Source: an uncultured bacterium
GTDB taxonomy: Bacteria; Acidobacteriota; Thermoanaerobaculia; Multivoradales; JAHZIX01
NCBI GenBank assembly: GCA_965368975.1
Contig: CBDUPA010000001.1
Coordinates: forward strand, 512,001 to 576,000
Reading direction: 5' to 3'
DNA length: 64,000 bases
Part shown: piece by piece, positions 28,653-38,033 of the stretch
Position numbering within the stretch: the stretch's first letter is position 1
Layout of the letters: the number at the start of each line of letters is the position of its first letter
Translations under genes and position numbers: made by a program
Notes under the pieces: generated by a model
The model's input: only the letters and a program-made list of their open reading frames with translations
What the model was told of the DNA's origin: nothing
The model's database searches: none

Positions 28653-31073
28653 TCACTCGCTCCTGAGCGCCTCCATGGGATCGATGCTCGAAGCGCGCCT
28701 GGCCGGCAGGTAGCTGGCGGCCAGTCCGACGACGATCATGACGCCGGCGACCGCGGTGTAGAGCAAGGCGTCGAAGGCTTCGACACCGAACAGTAGCGAG
28801 CTGAGGGCTCGTGACGCCAGGAGCGCGACAGCCAGTCCGAGGGCGATACCGACTGCCAGTACGCGCGCGCCCTGTTGGACGATCATCCCTCGCACTCGGC
28901 TGCCGGCGGCGCCCAGAGCCATGCGCAGGCCGATCTCGCGCGTGCGTTCGGCGACAGCGTAGGCCAGCACGCCGTACAGGCCGACGATGCCTAGGATCAG
29001 CGCGAGCAGGGACGCGATGCCGAGGGTCAGGGTAGTGAAGGAGAGCTGGGCCATCGAGCGCGCGGCGAGGTTCTCCATGGTGTACTGGCGGTACATCGGC
29101 GCGAAGGGGGATACTTCGCGCACGAGAGCGCGGATGTCTGGCGCGATGGTCTCGGCACGAGCGGTCTTGAGCACATATGCGGGGGAGGAGACGACCCGGC
29201 TGTTCTCCGGATCTTGACCGACCAGTGGGAAGTAGACCATCGGTTCGGCGTCCTGTCGGAACTCATACTGAAGGACATCATCGACGACACCGACCACTGT
29301 TTCCCAAGTCTCCTCTCCCTCGACCTGGAGCCGCTTGCCAAGTGGGTTCTCGCCTGGCCACATGAGGTCGGCGGCCGACTTGCTCACCAAGATGTTACCG
29401 AGTTGGGTCGTGTGGTCATCCGGCGTGAAGGTACGTCCCTGGAAGACCTCGATGCCCATGGTGCGGAAGTAGTCCCCCGCGGTCCAGGTGAGGCTCAGTG
29501 GCGTGCCGGCGTCTTCCTGGTCCGGCATGTCGGGGGTCCTGAAGCGGGTGCGCCTGACACTCTCGTCCAGCGGCACGTTCTCGACGATACCGACGCGGTC
29601 GACACCGGGTAAGGCGGCCAGGCGTTCCATGAAGTTGGTGTGGAAGCGAGCGTACGAGGGGGCGTCGGTGAGATCGGCGCCCTCTGGGGCGATCTGGAAG
29701 GTGAAGATGTCCTCTGTCTGGTAGCCGGGGTCGACATTACGCAGCTTGTCGAAGCTGCGCAGTAGCAGTGCCGAGCCGACGAGCAGGACCAGCGCCAACG
29801 CCGTCTGTGCGGCGACCAGAGCGTTGCGTCCCCAGTGGCGTCGCCGGCTGGAACCCCGGCCACCTTCGCGCAGTAGAGCCAGCTTGGGTCTGGAAAAGCG
29901 GACCGCCGGTACCAGGCCGCAAAGAAGAGCCGACAGCACGCAGATGCCGAAGGTGAAAAGCAGCGTCGTTGGACTCAGCGTGACGTCGCCGAGACGAGGT
30001 AGGTTTGCGGGTGCGGCACTCACCAGCAGCGGTACTCCTGCCCAGGTGAGTCCGACGGCGACGATACCGGCTAGTGCCGCGACGACCGTCGCTTCAGAAA
30101 GCTGCGAGCGCAAGAGACGGCCGCGCGCGGCACCGAGGGCTCGTCGCACGGCCAGGTCGGGCTGGCGCCTTTCGCCGCGTACCATGAACAGGTTGCCGAC
30201 ATTGGCGCAGGCAATCAGGAGCACGATGCTCATCGAGCCGAGCAGGATCCACAAGGGACCGGAGACGTCACCGAGCAATTGCTCCTCGAGCGTCGAGATC
30301 ACCGGGCTGAACTGCTCGATCACCTGCGCGTAGTTGGCCGAGCCTCCGAAACGCTCCGGTAGCTGACGCGCCAGCGCGGTCAGCTCGGCGCTCAGGGCGT
30401 CGAGATGGGTTCCGGGAGCCAGCCGAGCCACCATGGGTTGTCCGAAGCGGCCCGGACGGATGTCCTCGGTTGGCGGTACGACGGGGATCCACAGCAGAGT
30501 TCCGTCGGTTGGAAACCAGAACTCCGGTCCCATGACGCCGATGATCGTTCGATCTTCGCCTCCCGCGTAGACCGTTCGGCCAAGAATGTCCGGATCCGAG
30601 CCAAACCAGGTCGTCCACAGCGTGTGACTGATCACGAGCACTTCGGACTCATCCTCGTCCGTCGGCAAGCGCCCCATGATCGGGTCGACGCCCAGGGTGG
30701 TGAACAGGGATGTCGTCGGGGCCGACATGCGGATCCGCTCGACCCGGTCGTCGACACGCAGCGTGTTGGTGAACGAGTTGAAGGTCGAGAGGTCCTCGAT
30801 CAGCTCGGAGTTCTCGCGGAAGTGCACCAGGAACTCGGTGGACAGCCAGAACTCGTCCGGCAGGTCGGTGCCGGGCGCCGTGCCGCCGAGGATAACCAAG
30901 CGATCGTTGGCGCGGTAGGGCAGAGGGTCGAGCAGCACCTTGTCGATAACGTTGAAGATTCCGGCATTGACCCCGATCGCCAGGCCCAGGGTGCCGACGG
31001 TCAGGATCAGAAAGCTCGGGGTGCGCAGCAGGCTCCGCAGGGCGTGTCGCAGGTCTCGAATCCAGTCGGTCAT
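28653..31073 (-). CDS. Duplicated MacB/FtsX-type ABC permease (ADOP-like), orphan
   Basis: DLRHALRSL, LLIACANV.NL, R.ALGA.R.R, RTREIGLRMALGA, PARRA..IDP..ALR.E. Confidence 0.9.
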   Translation of the reverse strand: MTDWIRDLRHALRSLLRTPSFLILTVGTLGLAIGVNAGIFNVIDKVLLDPLPYRANDRLVILGGTAPGTDLPDEFWLSTEFLVHFRENSELIEDLSTFNSFTNTLRVDDRVERIRMSAPTTSLFTTLGVDPIMGRLPTDEDESEVLVISHTLWTTWFGSDPDILGRTVYAGGEDRTIIGVMGPEFWFPTDGTLLWIPVVPPTEDIRPGRFGQPMVARLAPGTHLDALSAELTALARQLPERFGGSANYAQVIEQFSPVISTLEEQLLGDVSGPLWILLGSMSIVLLIACANVGNLFMVRGERRQPDLAVRRALGAARGRLLRSQLSEATVVAALAGIVAVGLTWAGVPLLVSAAPANLPRLGDVTLSPTTLLFTFGICVLSALLCGLVPAVRFSRPKLALLREGGRGSSRRRHWGRNALVAAQTALALVLLVGSALLLRSFDKLRNVDPGYQTEDIFTFQIAPEGADLTDAPSYARFHTNFMERLAALPGVDRVGIVENVPLDESVRRTRFRTPDMPDQEDAGTPLSLTWTAGDYFRTMGIEVFQGRTFTPDDHTTQLGNILVSKSAADLMWPGENPLGKRLQVEGEETWETVVGVVDDVLQYEFRQDAEPMVYFPLVGQDPENSRVVSSPAYVLKTARAETIAPDIRALVREVSPFAPMYRQYTMENLAARSMAQLSFTTLTLGIASLLALILGIVGLYGVLAYAVAERTREIGLRMALGAAGSRVRGMIVQQGARVLAVGIALGLAVALLASRALSSLLFGVEAFDALLYTAVAGVMIVVGLAASYLPARRASSIDPMEALRSE

Positions 31074-31122
31074 GGTCTAGGCCTTCCTTCGCTGAAGGGT
31101 AGAAGATCTCGGTCTCTAAGCT

Positions 31123-31150
31123 AAACGCACGAAGGTGGCTTTAGGTTGCA
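31123..31150 (-). promoter_or_regulatory. Putative ECF-type promoter upstream of the permease
   Basis: Minus strand TGCAAC-N17-CGTTT (AAC...CGT pattern). Confidence 0.4.
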
Positions 31151-31168
31151 CTCTCGGAGACGAGAATG

Positions 31169-31636
31169 TCAGCAGCGAGTATCCGGACCGTCGACGTTCA
31201 TTTCCGGGTCGACGACCCAAGTTTGACCGGACGCCTGGATGCGCACCGTGAAGGTGAATTCCGGTCCCGCGTTGACCACCTCGAAGGGCTGGCCGTCGGC
31301 GTCGAGGAACTGCCACGCGCCGGTACCGTCGCGTTGTCCGGTGACTCCGCTCGCTCTCGCCAGGTACTTCGTATCGGCTTCGCTGAAGGGACTGTACGTC
31401 TCGCCGTGCAGTCGCTGGAAGGTGGCGCGGAGCTGCGGTGTCTCGCCTTGGAGTAAGTCGTCGGTGTGCTCCAGGAAAAGGCAGATCTCATCGCCAGCCT
31501 TGCAGGCGAAGGGCTGGGTCAGCAACCCGGTTTTCTTCTCGCTTTCGGTCCAGCTGTAGTAGACGAGTTTGGAGCTCTTGTAGCGCGCGGAGTCGCTGTC
31601 GTTCAGACGTAGGGTGAGGTTGTATTGCTTGCTCAT
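31169..31636 (-). CDS. Hypothetical protein
   Basis: AGGAG RBS, ATG 31636; beta-rich; C-terminal VDPEM. Confidence 0.6.
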   Translation of the reverse strand: MSKQYNLTLRLNDSDSARYKSSKLVYYSWTESEKKTGLLTQPFACKAGDEICLFLEHTDDLLQGETPQLRATFQRLHGETYSPFSEADTKYLARASGVTGQRDGTGAWQFLDADGQPFEVVNAGPEFTFTVRIQASGQTWVVDPEMNVDGPDTRC

Positions 31637-31754
31637 CTCGCATCTCCTGCGGTTGGGGAAAGTGGTACGAATGTTTTCCGCGATGCAGCAATGACCCGCC
31701 ACCTGGTGACGGGCTGCCCAGGGAGGCGGCGGGCCATTGCGTCGAGGATCGCGG

Positions 31755-32222
31755 TTACTCGGCTCCGGCGGCGATCTCTCCGTCCTGTTCCTTCTTGGCC
31801 GAAGTCTCGCGATCGGTGGTTCCCGAGAAGCCGGTGATCGTCACCTTTCCCGGAGTGCCGTCTGCGTAGGAGCCTTCTCGTGAAGTGTAGATCGGCTTGG
31901 CGCCGGAGATCGGCGTGACGGAGATGCTGCCAGCCTCCAGCACGCAGTAGTTCTGCTGGAATGCGACCGTGGCGGTGTCACTGGTCTGCGTGTTGATGAA
32001 GGAGACCTGGCAGTCGGGGCCGAAGCTGCCGATATTGCCCATCACCGCCTGATCCGTCGTGGTGCTGTTGACCGCGCCGTGCTCGCAACCAGGGAGCTTG
32101 GGATTTATCTGCCAGTCTGCGTCGGTGAGCGAGACGATCAGCGTGTTGCAGGCGGCGCTGGCGATGATCGGGGTGATCAGGACCAGGGCGAGGACGAGCA
32201 GGGACTTGCGGATGATGTTCAT
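31755..32222 (-). CDS. Small secreted hypothetical protein (4 Cys)
   Basis: GAGGAG RBS; clear signal peptide. Confidence 0.7.
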   Translation of the reverse strand: MNIIRKSLLVLALVLITPIIASAACNTLIVSLTDADWQINPKLPGCEHGAVNSTTTDQAVMGNIGSFGPDCQVSFINTQTSDTATVAFQQNYCVLEAGSISVTPISGAKPIYTSREGSYADGTPGKVTITGFSGTTDRETSAKKEQDGEIAAGAE

Positions 32223-32425
32223 GAGGATCTCCTCGGTTCGTGGTGTTCACGGGGGTGGGACGGTCGCGGCCTCGTGCCGCGCTCGGCTTCCAACCTCCGG
32301 AACAGCCTGTTCTGCCCTGTTCCACAGCAAGCGGCCGGGAAAGGGATCATCTCCGGTCGAATTTTTTTCAGATGGTAGACTCTCGCGACGCCAACGACAG
32401 GAGATGAGCCTTGAGCGACCCGGAC

Positions 32426-34975
32426 ATGGAGCGGGTACGGTGGCAGCGGGTCGAAGCACTTCTGGACCAAGTCTTGGAACTGGATGCGGATGCCGCAGCT
32501 GCTTTCCTCGACGCCGAGTGCCGAGACGACGATCGGCTGCGGGCCGAAGTCGAGGCGCTGTTGTCGGCCGATGCCGCCGCAGGTGACTTTCTGCGGCAGC
32601 CAGCGGCCGAACGCCTGAGGGAAAGGTCGGCAGCTGATCTCGAACCGTTCTTGCCAGACGACCGGTCGATGAGCTGGGCTGAGGAGCTGTCCGGTCGCCA
32701 GCTGGGCCCCTACGAGGTGCTCCGCCGCATCGGCGAGGGCGGAATGGGAGTCGTGTACGAAGCTCGGGATCCGCGCCTCGAACGCAGCGTTGCGCTGAAG
32801 GTACTGCCGTTTCGCGGCGCCACCGGCGGCGACGAGCAGCGAGCCCGGTTCCTGCGCGAAGCCAGGGCCGCGTCGGCGCTGGATCACCCCAATATCTGTA
32901 CGCTCTATGACGTCGGTGAGACGCCGGACGGGCAGCTCTACCTGGTCATGGCCTACTATGCCGGTGAGACCTTGGCGGAGCGCCTGCGACGCGGCCCGGT
33001 GCCGGTGGACGAAGCCCTGTCGATCGCCATCGAACTGGCGCGCGGGCTGCAAGCCGCCCACGTCGCGGGGATCGTTCACCGGGACGTCAAGCCCGCGAAC
33101 GTGATGTTGACCCGGGAGGGAAGCGTCAAGATCTTGGATTTTGGCGTCGCCCGGATTACCGACAGCCCCGTCCTCACGCGTACGGGGGCCGCGGTAGGCA
33201 CGCCCGCCTACATGGCTCCCGAGCAAGCGCGCGGCGAACCCGTGACACCGAAGGTGGACGTCTGGGCCTGGGGCCTCATCCTCTACGAGATGCTGACTGG
33301 CACGCAGCCATTTCGTACCGATTCGCACAGCAGTACGCTGCTGGCGATTCAGCAGACCGAACCGGTCCCCCTGGAGCGGCTGTGTCCGAAGGTGAATCGG
33401 GCTGTGACGCTGGTCGTACGGCGGGCTCTGGCCAAGAAGCCGAAACAGCGTTACCTCGGCCTGCGGGACGCGCTGGCGGATCTGGGCGTCGAGCCGACAC
33501 CCACCCCGGTGCAGCACGTGCCGGCGGTGCGGGGCCCTGCTTGGCTGGGCGCGTGGAAGCGAACCCGGTCTGTTCGGCAGGGGGCGCTGGTGGTCGTCCT
33601 CGGTCTCGGGGTCACTGTGCTGGCCTGGTATCTGTGGACCTCGGGCCGCTCGGGTACGCACACACCCTTGCCATCAGGAGACGGCGCCGCCGCGACGGTG
33701 CTGGTGGAGGGAGGTCCTGACGGCTCACAGATCGGTGTCGACGGCGTGACGGCGCGCGAGTGGGAGCGACGAGGCGCCGAGGCTCTGCAAGGGTTCTGGC
33801 GCGTGGGGCAGGTAGACGCGGCCGTTGAAGCCTACCAGCGAGCCGTGGTCCTGGCACCGGAGCGGGCAGCGGCCCATTCCGGGCTGGCCCGTGCGCTGTG
33901 GCGTCGCTACCGAGCGAGCCGTGATCGGGCCTGGTTACTGCAGGCGGAGGCCAATGCTCGTCGCGCCGTCGAGCTCGACGAGCACCTGGCCGCCGGCTGG
34001 GTCAGCCTCGGTCTGGTGCAGTCGGCCCAAGGGCAGCGCGAGGAAGCCGCCGATATCTTCGCGCGGGTAGTGCGGATCGATCCGGCGAACGCGGACGCGC
34101 ACCGGGGGCTGGCCGATCTGGCGCGGCAAGCCGGAGACATCGAGGCTGCGATCACCGGTTTCCAGCGCGCCGTGGCGCTGCGGCCCGAGGACATGGAACT
34201 GCACAGTCTCTTCGGTGGCCTGTACTACCGCGTCGCTCGCTATGAGGACGCCGAGGCCGAGTTCCGTCGGGCTCTAGACTTGGATCCGGACGAGAACAGC
34301 AGCTACAAGAACCTGGCAGCCGCGCTGCACATGCAAGGACGCTATCCGGAAGCCGCTCAGACGTTGCAACAGGCTCTGGCTCTGGAACCCGAGGAAGAGG
34401 TCTATACCAACCTGGGCACCCTCTATTACTTCCAGGGCCTCTACCCGCAAGCACTGTCGGCATTCGAGAAGGCCGCCGAACTGACGCCGGGAGACGCGCG
34501 CGTCTGGGGCAACCTGGGCGATGCACGCCGGCGCCTGCCGGGGCAAGAAGCTCTCGCCCGCGAAGCGTTTCGCACCGGGCTCGAGATTCTGGCGGAGGAG
34601 ATGAAGGCGGGACCGAAAGAGTCGGGGCAGGCGACTGCAGAGGCCCCCTCTCAGCTGGCCCCTTCCCAGCTGGCACTCGCCGCCGAGTACAGCGCCAAGG
34701 CCGGGGACGTCGACCGCGCTCGCCAGTGGTTGGATCGACTGGATGCGGCAGCGACGGATGGACTGGCGGTCGAGGTGCACAGCCTGTTCAACGCAGTGCA
34801 GGCAGCCGAGGTCCTGGGCGACCGACAGCGGGCCCTGGACTACTTGCGACGCACCCTGGAGGCCGGATATCCACGCCACGAGGTGGCGGCGGAACCCGAC
34901 CTGGCGGCCCTGCGCCAAGATGCCCGCTATCGAGTGTTGCTGGCGCAGCTGGCGCCTGAACGCAGCTCGCGATAG
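32426..34975 (+). CDS. Hanks-type Ser/Thr kinase with TM and TPR repeats
   Basis: GEGGMG.VY, VALK, HRDVKP.N, DFG, YMAPE; TM; TPRs; start uncertain (TTG 32411 possible). Confidence 0.92.
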   Translation: MERVRWQRVEALLDQVLELDADAAAAFLDAECRDDDRLRAEVEALLSADAAAGDFLRQPAAERLRERSAADLEPFLPDDRSMSWAEELSGRQLGPYEVLRRIGEGGMGVVYEARDPRLERSVALKVLPFRGATGGDEQRARFLREARAASALDHPNICTLYDVGETPDGQLYLVMAYYAGETLAERLRRGPVPVDEALSIAIELARGLQAAHVAGIVHRDVKPANVMLTREGSVKILDFGVARITDSPVLTRTGAAVGTPAYMAPEQARGEPVTPKVDVWAWGLILYEMLTGTQPFRTDSHSSTLLAIQQTEPVPLERLCPKVNRAVTLVVRRALAKKPKQRYLGLRDALADLGVEPTPTPVQHVPAVRGPAWLGAWKRTRSVRQGALVVVLGLGVTVLAWYLWTSGRSGTHTPLPSGDGAAATVLVEGGPDGSQIGVDGVTAREWERRGAEALQGFWRVGQVDAAVEAYQRAVVLAPERAAAHSGLARALWRRYRASRDRAWLLQAEANARRAVELDEHLAAGWVSLGLVQSAQGQREEAADIFARVVRIDPANADAHRGLADLARQAGDIEAAITGFQRAVALRPEDMELHSLFGGLYYRVARYEDAEAEFRRALDLDPDENSSYKNLAAALHMQGRYPEAAQTLQQALALEPEEEVYTNLGTLYYFQGLYPQALSAFEKAAELTPGDARVWGNLGDARRRLPGQEALAREAFRTGLEILAEEMKAGPKESGQATAEAPSQLAPSQLALAAEYSAKAGDVDRARQWLDRLDAAATDGLAVEVHSLFNAVQAAEVLGDRQRALDYLRRTLEAGYPRHEVAAEPDLAALRQDARYRVLLAQLAPERSSR

Positions 34976-35535
34976 AGGAAGGCCCGTGCCTTGCGCCAGT
35001 CGCGCTTGACGGTCGGTGCAGAGACGTCCAGAACCGCGGCTGTCTCCTCGACCGTCAAGCCGCCGAAGTAGCGCAACTCGACCAGGCGTCCGAGGCGCTC
35101 GCTCACCTGGCTGAGCGCTTGTAGGGCACGATCCAGGGCCAGTACCTCGACGGCGCCGTCGTCGCCGCTCGGGGCCGCGTCCGCCGCCATCCACGCCTCG
35201 TCCAGCGTCACCGGCCGCTCGTCACCGCCGCGCTTCTGCGCCGTCCGGGAACGGGCGTAGTTGATCAAGATGTGCCGCATCGCGGTCGCCGCGACGGCCA
35301 GGAAGTGCCCGCGGTCGTTGAAGCTGGCTCGTTTCTGGTCTATCAGCTTCAGGTACGCCTCGTGCACCAATGCCGTCGTTTCCAGGGTCTGCCCGGGGCG
35401 TCGGCGGCGCAACTGCCCGTGCGCCAGGCGTTTGAGCTCGTCGTACACCAGCGGCAGGAGACGCTCGTACGCTTCGGCGGGATCGCGCTTGCGTGCATCG
35501 AGCAGAATGTCGGTGATGTCGGCAGAACTGGACAT
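34927..35535 (-). CDS. ECF sigma factor, kinase-associated (TIGR02999/ECF43-like)
   Basis: LVYDELKRLA, TLETTALVHEAY, AMR.IL..YAR, VELRYFGGL, TVKRDW..ARA. Confidence 0.9.
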   Translation of the reverse strand: MSSSADITDILLDARKRDPAEAYERLLPLVYDELKRLAHGQLRRRRPGQTLETTALVHEAYLKLIDQKRASFNDRGHFLAVAATAMRHILINYARSRTAQKRGGDERPVTLDEAWMAADAAPSGDDGAVEVLALDRALQALSQVSERLGRLVELRYFGGLTVEETAAVLDVSAPTVKRDWRKARAFLYRELRSGASCASNTR

Positions 35536-35643
35536 GCGGCTCCGCTATCAGAAGTTCGGTTCCAGGTGATCGCGACGAGTGTAGTGTTCGTTTTCCGATC
35601 GGGCAAGCCGAACCTGCTCGACGGAGCCCTGCTAGAGTGAAGC

Positions 35644-36387
35644 ATGCTTGCCAAGCCCATTCGCGGTTTCGCGACCACTCGCTGGAGTTTGGTGCTGGCC
35701 GCAGCGGAACCGGTCGCAGGAGACAGCGGCGACGTGCATGCCGAGCAGGCGTTGGCCGAGCTGTGCGAGCGCTACTGGTACCCGCTCTACGCCTACGTGC
35801 GCCGTCGTGGCTACAGCGTCGAGGACGCTCGCGACCTGACACAGGCCTTCTTCGCCCAGCTGCTCGAAAAGCGCAGCCTGCGCGCCGCTGATCCCGACCG
35901 TGGCCGGTTTCGGACTTTCCTGCTGGCTTCGCTGCAAAATTTCTTGGGCGGCACATGGCGCAAGGCGCAGGCGCTGAAGCGGGGCGGCGGGCTCCGGATG
36001 ATCGCCCTGGACTTCGACTCTGCCGAGCAGACCTACGGTCTCGAACCCTCGCGCGAGCTCAGTCCGGAGGAGGTGTACGAAAGACGCTGGGCGCTGAGCG
36101 TACTGGAGAGCGCCGTCCACGACCTGCGTCAGCGCTACGCCGCCGACGGCAAGGCGGAGCTGTTCGAGGCGCTGAAGACCTTTCTGGGAGGCGACGGCGA
36201 CGTGCCCCCCTATGCCGAACTCGCTCAGCAGCTGGGTCAGAGTGAAGGAGCGCTGCGTACCGCGCTGTCCCGGCTGCGCGCCCGCTGGCGCAAGCGCGTG
36301 CGCGAGCTGGTCGCCGATACGGTGCGCGAGCCAGCCGAGGTGCAGGACGAACTGCAGACCTTGATAGCCTCTGTCGCACACCAGTAG
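35644..36387 (+). CDS. ECF sigma factor, kinase-associated (F.TT.WS.V type)
   Basis: FATTRWSLV, LC.RYWYPLY.YVRR.G, DA.DLTQ.FF, GRFRTFL, KRGGG. Confidence 0.88.
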   Translation: MLAKPIRGFATTRWSLVLAAAEPVAGDSGDVHAEQALAELCERYWYPLYAYVRRRGYSVEDARDLTQAFFAQLLEKRSLRAADPDRGRFRTFLLASLQNFLGGTWRKAQALKRGGGLRMIALDFDSAEQTYGLEPSRELSPEEVYERRWALSVLESAVHDLRQRYAADGKAELFEALKTFLGGDGDVPPYAELAQQLGQSEGALRTALSRLRARWRKRVRELVADTVREPAEVQDELQTLIASVAHQ

Positions 36388-36432
36388 CGCGGCAGCACAG
36401 CTGTGGTCGGCGAGACCTGAACTCGTGGAGGC

Positions 36433-36458
36433 TGTAACCAGGGCGGCCGTACTGCATA
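36433..36458 (+). promoter_or_regulatory. Putative ECF promoter, copy 1
   Basis: TGTAAC-N15-GCATA, 12 nt before the kinase ATG; same motif at 37999. Confidence 0.55.
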
Positions 36459-36470
36459 CACACCAGGCAA

Positions 36471-37979
36471 ATGAGCACGACAACGACTTGCCCCAACTGT
36501 CATTCTCCGCTACCGAGGGACGCCCCCGCGGGTGTCTGTCCGGCGTGCGCGCTACGGGCCGGTCTGCTCGGTGAAGCGTCAGCGGCCCTGCCGCCGACCC
36601 GAACTGCGTCTTCCTGGAGTCGAGGCGTACCGGATCCGGGGGCGACGCTACCCGCCGACGAACTCGCCCGCCGCTTGCCCGAGCTCGATGACTTCCAGCT
36701 CCTCGGCCGCGGTGGCATGGGTACCGTCTACCGAGCTGTCCACCGCAAACTGCAGCGACCGGTCGCGGTCAAGATCCTGGATGCGTCGCTGCAGGACCAC
36801 GCCGCCCTCGGTGCTGCCTTCAGCCAGCGCTTCACTCGCGAGGCACGAACGCTAGCTCGGCTCGACCATCCCAACGTCGTTCGCGTCTACGACTTCGGCC
36901 ACCGTTCCGGTCTCTTCTACCTGGTCATGGAACTGGTCGACGGAGTGGATCTGCGCCAGGTGATCCAGGGTGGCGGCCTCGAACCGGCTGAAGCGCTGGC
37001 GCTGATACCCCAGATCTGTGCGGCGCTCCAGTACGCTCACGATCAGGGCGTCGTGCATCGCGACATCAAGCCCGAGAACATCTTGGTCGACCGTCGGGGA
37101 ACCGTGAAGATCGCCGACTTCGGCCTGGCCAAGCTGCTCGGCAGCGCCGGTGAGACCGACGCGCGCCTGACACTGACGCGCCAGGTGATGGGGACGCCGC
37201 ACTACATGGCGCCCGAGCAGATCGAACACCCCGAGCAGGTCGACCACCGCGCCGATATCTTCGCGCTCGGGGTCGTCTTCTACGAACTGCTGACCGGAGA
37301 ACTGCCCGTCGGCCGCTTTCCGGTGCCGTCGCTCAAGGTCGAGATCGACGCGCGCGTCGACGAAGTGGTCCTGCGCACGCTGGAGAAGGAACCGAGCTTG
37401 CGCTACCAGCGCGCCAGCGACCTGAGCGATGACGTCGAGTCAGTTGCCAGCCGTGTCGAGGTCGTGGAGGACAGCTCGTCCACCCCGTCCGTCGCCCCCG
37501 CTTCTCGGGGTGCCGCCGGGTCCGCCGGAATCGACTTCGAATACCGCTCCGACAAGACGGTTTTCGGCCTGCCGCTCGTCCACATCGCTTTCAGTCGTGA
37601 CCCGTCGGGCACACGCATGCTCCTGGCCAGCGGCATCATCGCGATCGGCGACATGGCGATCGGCGGTGTCGCGATCGGTGGGTTCAGCCTCGGGATCCTC
37701 GCCGTCGGTGGCATCAGCGCTGGTCTGTTGAGCTTCGGCGGCCTTGCCGTCGCGTTGCTCTTTGCCATGGGCGGCTTGGCTGTTGGGGGCTTCGCCTTTG
37801 GCGGAATGACCATCGGAGCCCTAGCCGTTGGTGCCGTGGAGGTGGCTCTGTGGACGCTCGACGAGGCCGCCAGCTCCCGCGCCAAACTCTTTGCCTGGCT
37901 GCTCGGCTCCCTGGTTGTGACCACCGGTGCGTGGGCCGCGATCTATGCCTGGTTGCAGGCTGTACGTAAGCAGCGCTGA
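36471..37979 (+). CDS. Ser/Thr kinase with an N-terminal Cys4 motif and a Gly-rich C-terminal membrane domain
   Basis: CPNC...CPAC; GRGGMG, HRDIKPEN, DFG, APE; EYRS...FGLPLVHI...GIIAIG repeats. Confidence 0.92.
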   Translation: MSTTTTCPNCHSPLPRDAPAGVCPACALRAGLLGEASAALPPTRTASSWSRGVPDPGATLPADELARRLPELDDFQLLGRGGMGTVYRAVHRKLQRPVAVKILDASLQDHAALGAAFSQRFTREARTLARLDHPNVVRVYDFGHRSGLFYLVMELVDGVDLRQVIQGGGLEPAEALALIPQICAALQYAHDQGVVHRDIKPENILVDRRGTVKIADFGLAKLLGSAGETDARLTLTRQVMGTPHYMAPEQIEHPEQVDHRADIFALGVVFYELLTGELPVGRFPVPSLKVEIDARVDEVVLRTLEKEPSLRYQRASDLSDDVESVASRVEVVEDSSSTPSVAPASRGAAGSAGIDFEYRSDKTVFGLPLVHIAFSRDPSGTRMLLASGIIAIGDMAIGGVAIGGFSLGILAVGGISAGLLSFGGLAVALLFAMGGLAVGGFAFGGMTIGALAVGAVEVALWTLDEAASSRAKLFAWLLGSLVVTTGAWAAIYAWLQAVRKQR

Positions 37980-37998
37980 GAGAATCCTGCGAACCAGG

Positions 37999-38024
37999 TG
38001 TAACGCTCGGTGCTCGATCGCATA
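37999..38024 (+). promoter_or_regulatory. Putative ECF promoter, copy 2
   Basis: TGTAAC-N15-GCATA, 9 nt before the acyltransferase ATG. Confidence 0.55.
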
Positions 38025-38033
38025 GCACCAAGT

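Noticed and set aside
34642-34674. Short in-frame duplications (APSQL x2 in the kinase; similar ones in the oxidase signal, AhpD loop and ProRS N-terminus)
   Set aside because: Ordinary slippage duplications in linker regions
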